A DNA stretch of 54,940 nt from a virus (Duplodnaviria; Caudoviricetes), in IMG/VR virus record IMGVR_UViG_3300010233_000019, positions 1 to 54,940 of that record, one strand, 5' to 3'. Each line of letters starts with the position of its first letter. Position 1 is the stretch's first letter. This document shows, piece after piece, positions 18,895-29,100 of the stretch. The translations under genes and the position numbers were made by a program. The notes beneath the pieces were generated by a model. The model was not told the origin of the DNA, did not search any database, and worked only from the letters and a program-made list of their open reading frames with translations.

Positions 18895-19848
18895 ATGGCA
18901 GGTCAACAGTATTCCACCGGATCCCTTGGTGGATTTCTATCTCAGCCCTTCCTGACTCAGCGTCTCCGCGCAGTTGCACAGCCGCAGTTCCGGTTCCGTC
19001 AGTTCACTGACGTGAAGGAAGCCATTGGTAAAAACCGTGGTGACACGTGGCTGTTTGACAAGCGTGGAAATGTCTCGACTCAGGGTACGGTGCTTTCGGA
19101 AACCAACACCATTCCCCAGACCAACTTTGTCGTAGGTCAGGGAACGGGCCAGATTGTAGAGTACGCGAATAGCGTGCCGTATACTGGCAAGCTCGAAGCT
19201 CTCGGCCAGATCATGATCGAACCCGCAGTGGAGCAGTCCCTGCGAGATGACATGGTCAAGACCCTCGAGTCCGCGTGCGGGAATGAGTTTGTAAAGACAG
19301 ACTTTGTTGCCGTGTGTTCGCAGACGAATTCGGTGGCTTTCACCACGAACTCGACTCCCGCTGCGACGGCCAGTGCTGATTTGACTGGCTTCAATGTCCG
19401 CTCGATTGTGGACTTCATGAAGAAGAAGCTCATTCCGAAGTTTGACGGGGCTTCCTATATCTGCATCGCCTCCACCGCTGCGCTCTCGGGTATGTTCTCG
19501 GATACCGCGGCGGGTGGTTGGGTAGATGTGTCCAAGTACACCGTGGAGTATGCGAAGAACATCTTCAACGGGGAGATCGGCAAGTACTACAATGTCCGCT
19601 TTGTGGAGGAAACTGGGTACCTGTCCAACTCCATCGGTTCGGGTAGCACCCATGGTGCGGCTCTGTTCTTTGGCGCGGACAATGTCTACGAGGCCGTAAC
19701 GGTCCCCGAGGAAATTCGCGTGAAGGTCTCTCTCGACTACGGTCGTGATCAGGGTCTCGCGTGGTACTTCCTGGGTGGGTTCAAAATGGTGTGGAGCTTC
19801 GCGGTAACCCCCGCTGAGCAGCACATCGTGTATGTCACCAGTGCGTAA
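18895..19848 (+). CDS. major capsid protein (HK97 fold, N4-gp56-like)
   Basis: QFRFRQF, GEIGKYYNVRFVE, DYGRDQGLAWY; strong SD; position. Confidence 0.88.
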   Translation: MAGQQYSTGSLGGFLSQPFLTQRLRAVAQPQFRFRQFTDVKEAIGKNRGDTWLFDKRGNVSTQGTVLSETNTIPQTNFVVGQGTGQIVEYANSVPYTGKLEALGQIMIEPAVEQSLRDDMVKTLESACGNEFVKTDFVAVCSQTNSVAFTTNSTPAATASADLTGFNVRSIVDFMKKKLIPKFDGASYICIASTAALSGMFSDTAAGGWVDVSKYTVEYAKNIFNGEIGKYYNVRFVEETGYLSNSIGSGSTHGAALFFGADNVYEAVTVPEEIRVKVSLDYGRDQGLAWYFLGGFKMVWSFAVTPAEQHIVYVTSA

Positions 19849-19861
19849 TTAGGAGAAAATC

Positions 19862-20353
19862 ATGGCATACGTTGATCCGACTTATAACAGCAATGACACG
19901 GTGAATCTCGTAGCCACGGTCTCTGCACCGCTGGCTCTCGGCACTGTCTCCACCGCAGGTGGGGGCACGGATACTTACACTGGAGTGGGTACCGCCAGCA
20001 TCAACGGCGCGTACGCGTTCCAGAAGTTCTTCAAACCGACGGTTATCTCGAATATCAAGGTATTCATTGGTACCGCTCCGGGTGGTGGTGTGACGAATGA
20101 GACGTTCATCTTTTTGAACGGTACCAGCACGGTGGGAACTGTGGTTATTGGAACCCACACTGCGGGTGAATTCCTCGATGTCACGATGGCCACGGTGACG
20201 GTTGGCTCTACAGGTCTGGGCACCAATGGTGCTGCATTCACGTCGAGCAATGGCCAGCTCACTATGAAGGTCACCAACACCAACACTGCAACCGCTTCGA
20301 CTCTTGGGTCCTACGCGATCTATGCTGAACTGCATGATCTGTTTACGGTCTAA
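19862..20353 (+). CDS. capsid decoration/cement protein (probable)
   Basis: Thr/Gly-rich beta protein following MCP with similar codon usage. Confidence 0.6.
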   Translation: MAYVDPTYNSNDTVNLVATVSAPLALGTVSTAGGGTDTYTGVGTASINGAYAFQKFFKPTVISNIKVFIGTAPGGGVTNETFIFLNGTSTVGTVVIGTHTAGEFLDVTMATVTVGSTGLGTNGAAFTSSNGQLTMKVTNTNTATASTLGSYAIYAELHDLFTV

Positions 20354-20372
20354 GTAAGGCGAAGTTTCAAGC

Positions 20373-20406
20373 CAAGGAGGGGTACCCACTCCCCTCCTTG
20401 ATTCTC
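20373..20406 (+). terminator. stem-loop after the capsid genes
   Basis: CAAGGAGGGG-8 nt-CCCCTCCTTG perfect 10-bp stem; weak U tail. Confidence 0.6.
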
Positions 20407-20438
20407 AACCCAGGGCAAGGCCCTGAGAGGAGTTTTAA

Positions 20439-20930
20439 ATGAGTCTTGTAAAACGTAAAAAGAAAATCATCTCCCCCGAGGGAGACCAGGTGGAGATTGA
20501 ATCGAATTCAGCCACCCCTTGGGAAAATCTCTATGAGGGTTCCCTCATTCCGATTCGAGTGACTTGCCAGGATTACCAACCCATCCACCCTGCGGATATG
20601 AGTTGTCACACAAATCTCCCCATCTCGAGTAAGGTGATTTTGAATCACATGGCCCCAGAACATGGTGCGGGGGGAGGGTTTCTCTTCCAGCTTCGCAATC
20701 GCCCGGGTCAGAAATCCGAGCTTTGGAAAGAACTCGCTGAGGCGGGAGTGGAGGTTCATGACTTGCGATGTGATGTGTGTGATGAGCAACTCCCGATGGT
20801 GCCTCGACGGCTGATCCGCCATATCTCCGCACATGCGGGGAAGTTTCGCTCGGCTAGAGCTGGTGGGGGATTTTGGATGACCCTCAAATTTGAAAGCCCC
20901 GAGGATTCCGGAGATGAGTACCAGGATTAA
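20439..20930 (+). CDS. hypothetical protein with duplicated C2H2-like module
   Basis: Two copies of C..C...LP...H...H...AGGGF..L. Confidence 0.7.
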   Translation: MSLVKRKKKIISPEGDQVEIESNSATPWENLYEGSLIPIRVTCQDYQPIHPADMSCHTNLPISSKVILNHMAPEHGAGGGFLFQLRNRPGQKSELWKELAEAGVEVHDLRCDVCDEQLPMVPRRLIRHISAHAGKFRSARAGGGFWMTLKFESPEDSGDEYQD

Positions 20931-20933
20931 GAC

Positions 20934-22430
20934 ATGGAAAATTGGGTTCTCTACAAGTCCGTAGCTTACCTTCGAGGTCGGGGAGCTTCCTTTGGCGGCT
21001 CCCTGCTCCCGCCACAAGCGTTGGCGGATAGGGTTTTCTCCATCCAGATCGACCCGATTAATACACCCCAAAGTGATGGAGTGGATCATGGGATTGAACT
21101 CTTCGCGGAGGGCTCCCTAGATCATGTGTATATCGGCCCGCGAGTAGAACTCCTCCAGGAAAAGGACCTCACCAAGCTTCTCCAAGACGCATCGGCCAAA
21201 CTCAAGGATGGGGGGCATTTGATTGTCTTCTGCCGGATTGGCCACAATGAGGGAGGTGTGTTGGAACTCTACCCTGCCCAACTCGAAGGTCTCATTTCGG
21301 CTTCGGGGAAATGGCAAAAGAAAGCCCACCACGAACAAGATGAGGGGTTCCTTGGGATCTACAAGAAACTCCCTGGCAAGAGGGGGATCCTGCCGATTCG
21401 GCCCACTCCCGAGGGCAAGCGAGTCTGTGTGGTCCGGTACGGGGCAATCGGAGATGGCATCATCATCACCCCGTTGCTTCGCCAACTCAAGAAGGATGGC
21501 TACCACATCACCCTGAATATCAACCCCTACTGCAAGGAAGTCTTCAAGCATAACCCCCATGTGGATAATCTCCTCATCCAAGAACGAGAGTCCATCCCCA
21601 ACGCCATGCTCTCGGGGTATTGGAAGTATTGGGAACTCAAATACGACAAGTACATCAACCTCTCTGAAAGTCTCGAGGGGGATCTCCTCATGGTCGAGGG
21701 GCGAAAGGAATACTTCACCTCCAAGACCTGGCGACAGAAGAAGGCCTCTTGGAACTACTATGACTATGCCCTCCATCGTGCGGGGTATGGGCCGGAGACC
21801 TTTGGCCAAAATGGGGAACTCTTCTTCACCGAAGCTGAGGAGCGTCGGGCGAAACGATGGTTCGCAGAGCTTGCCAAGGACGGCCCAAGATTCATCATCC
21901 AGTGGGCCTTGAATGGCTCCTCCCATCACAAGGTCTACCCGTTGATGGAGAGTGTGCTGAGGGAGTGGTTCTCTCGCCATCCGGACTCCCTAGCCATAAC
22001 CACAGGGGATTACATGGCCAGACTCTTGGAATTCGAACATCCCCAACTCATCGAGAAAGCCGGAACATGGCTCCTTCGGGAGTCCCTCTTGGCCACGAAG
22101 TATGCCAACCTTGTGATTGGCCCAGAAACCGGAGTGACCAATGCCTCGGGGTGTTGGGACACTCCCAAGATCGTCCTCCTCTCCCATAGTACAAAGGAGA
22201 ATATGACGAAGTACTTCGTGAATGATTTCTCCCTCGAGCCGGATGTTTCCCTCGCGCCATGTTGGCCGTGTCATCAACTCCACTACACCCGGGAGTCCTG
22301 CCCAGAGGGAGTCATTCTGGATACATCCTCAAATGAGGAACTCGGAAAGGCTCCGATTTGTTCTATCTCCATCACACCCTCGAAGCTTCTTGAGCAGATG
22401 GAAAAGATCTACCAAATCTGGAAGGTATAA
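20934..22430 (+). CDS. GT9 (heptosyltransferase-like) glycosyltransferase with N-terminal methyltransferase-like domain
   Basis: VVRYGAIGD..ITPLLRQLK, NPHVD, HKVYP, LVIGPETG, CWPC; N-domain SLDHV...LKDGGHLIV. Confidence 0.85.
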   Translation: MENWVLYKSVAYLRGRGASFGGSLLPPQALADRVFSIQIDPINTPQSDGVDHGIELFAEGSLDHVYIGPRVELLQEKDLTKLLQDASAKLKDGGHLIVFCRIGHNEGGVLELYPAQLEGLISASGKWQKKAHHEQDEGFLGIYKKLPGKRGILPIRPTPEGKRVCVVRYGAIGDGIIITPLLRQLKKDGYHITLNINPYCKEVFKHNPHVDNLLIQERESIPNAMLSGYWKYWELKYDKYINLSESLEGDLLMVEGRKEYFTSKTWRQKKASWNYYDYALHRAGYGPETFGQNGELFFTEAEERRAKRWFAELAKDGPRFIIQWALNGSSHHKVYPLMESVLREWFSRHPDSLAITTGDYMARLLEFEHPQLIEKAGTWLLRESLLATKYANLVIGPETGVTNASGCWDTPKIVLLSHSTKENMTKYFVNDFSLEPDVSLAPCWPCHQLHYTRESCPEGVILDTSSNEELGKAPICSISITPSKLLEQMEKIYQIWKV

Positions 22431-22433
22431 GCG

Positions 22434-23384
22434 ATGCCAAGTGCGTATCAAAACTGGACCCTTGCCCAAACCCGCCAAATCATCCGAAGGGACCTTATGG
22501 ACCCCTCGGGGAAGTGGTGGTCAGATGAGTTTCTAGATCTCCAAATCAACCAATGGCAAAACTCCCTCCAACAAGAGTATGAACTTGTTTGGGGCTCCGC
22601 AACAATCACCACCGCACTCAACACGATTACCCTCTCCTCCATCTCCCCGCCCATGCATAGGCTTGATGCGGTGTATTTTATTGGCACCTCCTCGGGGGAT
22701 CGGGGGTGTCGACTCGCTGGGAGACTCTTACAAGATCTGGAAATTTACAACCTCACCTGGAGAGATGCAACAGCGGACACTCCCCGAGAGATCATCCAAT
22801 ATGACTCCACCCAAATGATCGTCTGGCCACCCTTGATGCAGAGTGGGACGTTTGTGTTTGAGTACCCTAGGCTTCTAAGTGTAGCAGGAGATGGGGACTT
22901 CCTCTCCCTTCCCCCATGGGCTCAATGGTCGGTTAAACCCTATGTCTGCGCAAAGGCCTACCTCCAACCCGGGCCAGTAAATGACATCCAAAAAGCTCTC
23001 CGCTATAAGAAACTCTACGATGCCGAGAAGGCTCGGATCCATCTCTTATGGGATAATTGGTTTCCCGAGAGATACCGCCGCCTCAAACCTATGGGGAATT
23101 ACGAGAAGGATATCCTCAAACCTCCTCCTGCATGGAGTGCGCCATCCACAGCAGGGGGAATTCCGGATGTATACAAAACCTTCCTCCCTTCAGGGAGTGT
23201 GGATGGAGTCAATAAGGTATTCTCTATTCCCATTGTTCCCACCTCCGCAAAGGTCTTTTTGGATGGACTTCTCCAGGCGGATGGTGGGGTGGATTATACC
23301 CTGAGTGGTTCGACATTTACCTTTGTCTCACCCCCCGAAGTGGGTGCGGAGATTGTGATCTGGACGTTTATCTTTGGAGGCTAG
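22434..23384 (+). CDS. head-tail adaptor-like protein with C-terminal small beta domain
   Basis: DPSGKWWS start like 25434; C-terminal GSVDGVN...DGLLQ..DYT domain. Confidence 0.6.
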   Translation: MPSAYQNWTLAQTRQIIRRDLMDPSGKWWSDEFLDLQINQWQNSLQQEYELVWGSATITTALNTITLSSISPPMHRLDAVYFIGTSSGDRGCRLAGRLLQDLEIYNLTWRDATADTPREIIQYDSTQMIVWPPLMQSGTFVFEYPRLLSVAGDGDFLSLPPWAQWSVKPYVCAKAYLQPGPVNDIQKALRYKKLYDAEKARIHLLWDNWFPERYRRLKPMGNYEKDILKPPPAWSAPSTAGGIPDVYKTFLPSGSVDGVNKVFSIPIVPTSAKVFLDGLLQADGGVDYTLSGSTFTFVSPPEVGAEIVIWTFIFGG

Positions 23385-23612
23385 ATGAGTACCTTTGCTA
23401 AGTATCCTCTCACTGGGGCGGTGGATGGAGTGAATACCCTCTTCACCACACCCCTTCTCCCCACCACACTAGAGGTCTACAAGAATGGATTGATCCAAGA
23501 TCCCACCGCAGGGGACTACACCCTAGGGACTAACACAGCTACTGCTACAGTGACTTTTGCCATCCCCCCTTCTCCCGGGGATCTCTTGGCTGCTTGGGTG
23601 TTTAACCAATAA
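23385..23612 (+). CDS. small virion beta-domain protein
   Basis: GAVDGVN..F...NGLIQ...DYT, homologous to the C-terminus of the previous gene. Confidence 0.7.
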   Translation: MSTFAKYPLTGAVDGVNTLFTTPLLPTTLEVYKNGLIQDPTAGDYTLGTNTATATVTFAIPPSPGDLLAAWVFNQ

Positions 23613-23621
23613 AGGAACCTC

Positions 23622-25424
23622 ATGTCCACACAAATTGATCTAACTCGACAAGTAAAAGGGGCGCTACCCATCGCCAATGGTGGGACCTCATCCACCACTG
23701 CCCCTGCTGCGAGGTTGGCCTTAGGAGTTGTAGCCTCTTCGGATTACATCATCTCCTCGTTGTATAACTTCTCCCCGCAAAGTCCTGGGGGGTCCTTAGG
23801 GATTGGGGCCAACACCATCACACTCTCTCCCATGCCTGCGGGGGTTTCAACAGGGTCCATTGGGAAGGGCTTTCTGTATATCTCTGGAGGTTCGGGAAGT
23901 GCAGAGCCCGTGCCAATCGTTGGGTGGACTTCCACCACGGTTACCGTGACTTGTGGGAATACCCACTCCGGAGGATGGACAATCCAAAGTGCCACGCAGG
24001 GAATCCAAGAAGCCATCATCGCCCAGAGTGCTCCTTGTGAGATTCACCTCCCCGCAGGGACCTTGGCGATAGTTGGGCCAATCTATGTCCCCCTTGGAGG
24101 GTGGGTGATCTCGGGAGAGGGCACCACAAATACAACCCTCACTGTGGATAGTACCTATCCGGTTGGAAATGGAGCTATCCTTGGGGCCCCATTTGTGTTG
24201 CAGGGTGGTGTGAATCGAGCGGAGTTCAGAGAGTTCCAAGTGAACTACACTCAACCGGACTCGGCGGTGCTTGTGGCGTATGTTCACTATCAACCAACAT
24301 TCTATGGAGTGGGTGCATCCTATGTGAGGATCCACCATGTCAACACCAACCTCGCGTGGGTGAGTGGGGATTTTCGTTCGAATGGTTCGGGCTTGCATTG
24401 GAGTGATTCCTACATCTCGGGCTACGACACCGCACTCAAAGTGGCGGGCAACGGCGACACTTACCGGCTCACGAACGTGGTCACCTTTGCGGGCTATGGC
24501 GCCACGGCAAACCAAGGCACGGTCTACACGAGCAATGCCATCGGCTTCAGCGCGGTTGGATCGTTCCTGATGGTGTATGGCTGCCTTTCTCTCGGCAAGA
24601 CGGGGTGGGTGATCGACGGCAATGGCGGCGGCGAGTTTTCGCAGTTTGCAAACTGCGGCTTTGACACCAGCAACGGTCTGAGCCTGTCCAACTTCGCCCT
24701 GGTGCACATCGTGAACTCGTACTTCACGCCGGGCTTGTTGTCAACATTCTGGATCAATTCGGCCGACTGCAATGTGCTTGTGGAGAATTGCTATTTTTCT
24801 CCGAATGGATCGAGCGCCACTCCGCTGATTACAGCCACCAACGGCAACGTATTTATCAGGAACTCGATTTTCAACCTAGCAGGAATGGATGTGCCGCTGG
24901 TCAATCACACGGGTTCCGGAAACTTTGCGTTCACCGACAACACGCTCGGCGGGATCGACCAGACCTTCACGCGCTCTCGCCTGACCATCGGCAATGGGAT
25001 CGTTTCAACGATCCAAGGCAACATACTTTCGGCGCTATTCGGCGCTCACACGGGAACTTTCGTTACGTTTACTGGGGGGAACAGTGGCCCATCGGTGATG
25101 ACCGGGAATAATCTCATCGGCGGTAACGGAACGAATGCGTGGGCCATTGCGGGAGCGTCCTTGCTGATCTCTGGCGTCATCAAAGACAACATCGGCTACA
25201 ACCCGGTGGGACTCTCGGCAATCACCGTGGGGGCCAGCCCGTTCACTTACACCGCTGGATCCACCTCCGAGACGGTATATATCTCTGGAGGTACTGTGTC
25301 CTTAGTCAAACGGGGAGCCACCACTGTGGCCTCAGCCAGTCCCTCAACAGTGGAACTTCCCCCATTTGGAACCGTCCAGGTGACCTACTCCGTGCTACCC
25401 ACGATGGTTAAAGATATCCACTAA
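23622..25424 (+). CDS. tailspike / receptor-binding protein with pectin-lyase-like beta-helix
   Basis: GALPIANGGT anchor motif, IQEAI..IHLPAG..ISGEG beta-helix start, Asn ladders. Confidence 0.75.
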   Translation: MSTQIDLTRQVKGALPIANGGTSSTTAPAARLALGVVASSDYIISSLYNFSPQSPGGSLGIGANTITLSPMPAGVSTGSIGKGFLYISGGSGSAEPVPIVGWTSTTVTVTCGNTHSGGWTIQSATQGIQEAIIAQSAPCEIHLPAGTLAIVGPIYVPLGGWVISGEGTTNTTLTVDSTYPVGNGAILGAPFVLQGGVNRAEFREFQVNYTQPDSAVLVAYVHYQPTFYGVGASYVRIHHVNTNLAWVSGDFRSNGSGLHWSDSYISGYDTALKVAGNGDTYRLTNVVTFAGYGATANQGTVYTSNAIGFSAVGSFLMVYGCLSLGKTGWVIDGNGGGEFSQFANCGFDTSNGLSLSNFALVHIVNSYFTPGLLSTFWINSADCNVLVENCYFSPNGSSATPLITATNGNVFIRNSIFNLAGMDVPLVNHTGSGNFAFTDNTLGGIDQTFTRSRLTIGNGIVSTIQGNILSALFGAHTGTFVTFTGGNSGPSVMTGNNLIGGNGTNAWAIAGASLLISGVIKDNIGYNPVGLSAITVGASPFTYTAGSTSETVYISGGTVSLVKRGATTVASASPSTVELPPFGTVQVTYSVLPTMVKDIH

Positions 25425-25433
25425 ACGTGCCTT

Positions 25434-26144
25434 ATGGGAATCCTCCACACAATTCAGGTACTTCTAAATGACTCCGGAGTGTTTTGGCCACAAGCCCAAA
25501 TCCTCGATGCAGTGAATGAGGCCCAGCTCTGGGGGTTTGCCCAGACCAAGTGGTCCCGAAAGTCCTGGGCAATCACCCTTCCCAAGGGGACGGATATATT
25601 CCCCGTCCCTTCGGATCTCCTGGTTCCTGGGTGGATGGAGAGTCAGAACACCCTTGTGGATGGCTCGGTGTCCCACATGAGAGCCTTCCCCACCACACAC
25701 CGGGAGCTAGAACATTTCCTCCGGACTTGGCGCAGCGCGGGATTGGATGCTCCACAGTATTTTGTGATTTGGGATGCATTCAACTTTCGATGCTACCCTC
25801 GCCCGGATAAGGAGTATCTCTACACCCTCTGGGGAGTGGGGTATCCAGTGGAGATTGTGGACTCCCTTGGAGACTTTGCAGGACCTGTGGTTTACACCGA
25901 GGCTCTGCAGCATTTCTCTCTCTCGTTGCTTCTAAGTGCAACTCGCCCGGATCTTGCAGAGATGTATATGTCCCTTGCAGAGAGAGGGATTGTGGAGTTT
26001 AAAAAGCAACTCCGCAACCAGCAAAGCCATAATATCCGGAGACTTGCCCCAGCCACGGGGAGGTTGCAGATCCAACAAGGTGGGGCGGTTCGGGCATTGC
26101 CAGTGTATTACCCTATGGAATCCAGTGCGGGAGGATCAGCGTAA
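25434..26144 (+). CDS. tail adaptor-like virion protein
   Basis: LNDSGVFW...AVNEAQ; YPRPDKEY; upstream of nozzle gene. Confidence 0.6.
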   Translation: MGILHTIQVLLNDSGVFWPQAQILDAVNEAQLWGFAQTKWSRKSWAITLPKGTDIFPVPSDLLVPGWMESQNTLVDGSVSHMRAFPTTHRELEHFLRTWRSAGLDAPQYFVIWDAFNFRCYPRPDKEYLYTLWGVGYPVEIVDSLGDFAGPVVYTEALQHFSLSLLLSATRPDLAEMYMSLAERGIVEFKKQLRNQQSHNIRRLAPATGRLQIQQGGAVRALPVYYPMESSAGGSA

Positions 26145-29100
26145 TGCCGATTGGAACCCAGACTAGTGTGAATTTTGGCCTTGGTCTCAACGCCGTGGTG
26201 GCTCCACATCTTTGCCAAGAAGGCGAGGTCCCAGCGGCAGCGGATGTGGATTTCTCTCTCGAGAATGGTGCGGCCACGGCCCGGCGTGGATCGATTGTGG
26301 TTATGTCTTCCACGGCCACGGCTACGAATCTCAATGTGATCATCCGTCGATACAATGGAAGTAGTGCTTCTCTTGACCAGAGTCCGTGGTATTGGGTGTG
26401 TGCCTCGGGACCAATGTTCCGGGGGACTCTTACGGGATCCCTGATCACAGGGACAAATATCCGTACGATATTCTCTGGTGAGAGACCGAGTTTTGCAACG
26501 GCTTACCAAGACTGGGCGTATTTGGCAAATGGAGATGTTGCCATCCGAGATAATGGCTCCCAAACCTGGGATTGGATTATGGGAGCACCTACAAATCCCC
26601 CAATAACCGTACTCCCGGGGGGATCAACATTTACTGGATTTAATGCAGCCCTCGCTGCGGGAAGTGCAGGGACATTTGTGAGTTCTACGGGGTCCCCTGT
26701 GTTGAGTACCTTTACTACAGGTTCCTCTACTGGGATTGTTGCCACAGGAACAGTGACCAATACGAATTGGGAAAATCCCACTGTCTCCACCTTCACTGAG
26801 GGTTCCCATACGGGGACCAATACATATACCATTGGGGCCTTTGGGGTGGATTATTTCCTCCTAGGCCTCACCAATCCCTCGGTGGTGACACGGGTCTCGA
26901 GAGATGCATCGATTGGGGACACCTCATTCACCAACTACTGGCACGCTGAGACGACGCTAGATGAGATTGCAAACAATCCTGCAGACTCCATCGCTCAGAC
27001 CCTCCAAGTCACAGCAACATCGCAACTTCAGAATCTCCAACGCTCCACGGCCATCCGGCAACCTCAGCTTGGGGTTATCTCGAAAAGCCAACTTCTTTCC
27101 TTTCCACACCTCGTGGGTGGAGTGATGGCGTGGAAGGTAAATCGTACAGACTATCAACTTGTAGGCTCCACAATCGCCACCCCGGATTGGACGAATATCA
27201 AGGCTGTTCGTATTGTAATTGAAACTACTGGCCAATGCACAGCGGTTCTTGGAAGTTGGCAAACCTTTGGAGATGCGGGGTTTTGCCTTTCAGATACAAC
27301 CACAGGGTACTCATATTGCTATACTCTTGCAAGACTTGAGAATGGTCTCCCAGTAGCAGAGGGAGGGCCAAGTCCATTTTCAAGCCCAAAAAAATGCCAA
27401 GGGGCAGCGGCGGGCCTGACGATTGGGTTTATTGGGGCTCCCTACACGAATCTCCAAGGGGTGACACATTATGGTATCTACCGCCAAGGCGGGGTGTTGA
27501 ATGATGCGTATCTGGTGGATTACTTTGCCATCAACAACCAAGGGATATCTAACGCGATTTATTCAGATTATAGTTACTCCGATGCGGAGATTATTAACAA
27601 TCCCTCTCTAACTCGAAACCTCTGGACTTCCTGGCCAACCGCTGGGGTCAATGCAGTCTCCGAGCCCTGGCAGGATAGGGTCTTTCTGGGCACTGGGAAT
27701 CAACTCTTCTGGTCTCTCCCCGGACAGCCGAATACGATTCAGCAAGAAAGCCAAACCACAGTATCCAACACGGGGGATCCCATTCAGGGGTTCTCTGCTT
27801 GGGGACCATTGGTGATTGTGAATCAGAACTCCGTCTACGAGATGGACGGCACAGTCTTTGAGGGACCCGCGCAGGATTGGACACTCCGCAAGTCCGGAAG
27901 CCGCAGAGGCTCCGCCGCATCCAAGACCATCATCAAAACCCCCAAGGGGATTTTGCTCTTTGGGTATGATGGGATGTCCTTGTATTATCCCGGCTATGGA
28001 GTTGACACGCCCTTGGATTGGGTGTATAATAAGATAGGTGATGCTTGGAAGGGAACTTCGGTTTTGGACCCCGCAGCCCAAAAGGGATACCGAGTCCCGG
28101 CGTTTAATATCCCTCTCCTCGGCCAGGCTTGTGCGACGTATGGGGATGGGAAGATTTATCTGGCCGCCCCGACCTTCAAGAGCTTTGGGGATCCCACCTT
28201 GAATAACACGGTATTTGTGTTTGATCTGGTATTGGAAAGAGTGTGGTATTATGAGTATCCCTACACTATTAATTCCCTCTTTTGGGACTTCGTGAATAAC
28301 CGCCTCGTCGCGGGACTCATGGATGGGCGGATCGTACAACTTGAACAAGGCCTAACCGATCCGAATGGATTTGTGCAATGGGGGTTCCGCACCAAGACTT
28401 GGGCCTCACCACTGGACATCCTCATTGAAGGGGCCTCAGTGGAGGCAGAAGCCTCAAATGGAATTGAAGTTCGAGGGTCCCTGGATAGTGTGTTAAACAC
28501 CATGGGAACTCTAACAAACACCACTCGTGGATGGACCCCCCAACCACTTGCAGGGCAGGTGGTGAATAATTTGGCATTTGAATTCTTCGGTACCCAAGAG
28601 GGGACCCTAGGGCAGAAAGTCTCGGGGCTACAATGGTCCGCGATTGTCCAACCTCCAAAAGTCACGTATTGGAGAACAGACTTTGATCCCTCGGGAGATC
28701 CATCTACAGAGAAGATTTGGGATTGCAACTTCACGGAGATTGCCATTCAAGGTTCGGCCCCAGTGATTGGGGTGACCTTTGTGGACAATGTCCCTGTGAT
28801 GACAAATACATACCCCGCCCCAAGTTCGGGGCAGAACTATGCATATGAAGGGAGAGCTTCGAATTTGGTAGGCCCAGTGACTCTCCCCAAGGCCTATCCA
28901 AATGAGATTCTAGGGAACATATCCTACACCACCTATACCGTGGGGAGTGGAGGGACCTTTCAGATCTTCAACTCCTGGAACCAAACCCGCCCAGAGCCAC
29001 CAAGGGTTCTACAGTATGTATCTTCCAAGATCAGCGCCCCGAGTGATTCCACAATCAAGACCTGGGTGAATGAGGTACATCCTCTACATGGAACCATCAC

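Noticed and set aside
18937-19824. Long antisense ORFs (also 41322..42434, 43143..44210, 21117..21980)
   Set aside because: They shadow well-supported genes on the opposite strand and show no protein motifs.
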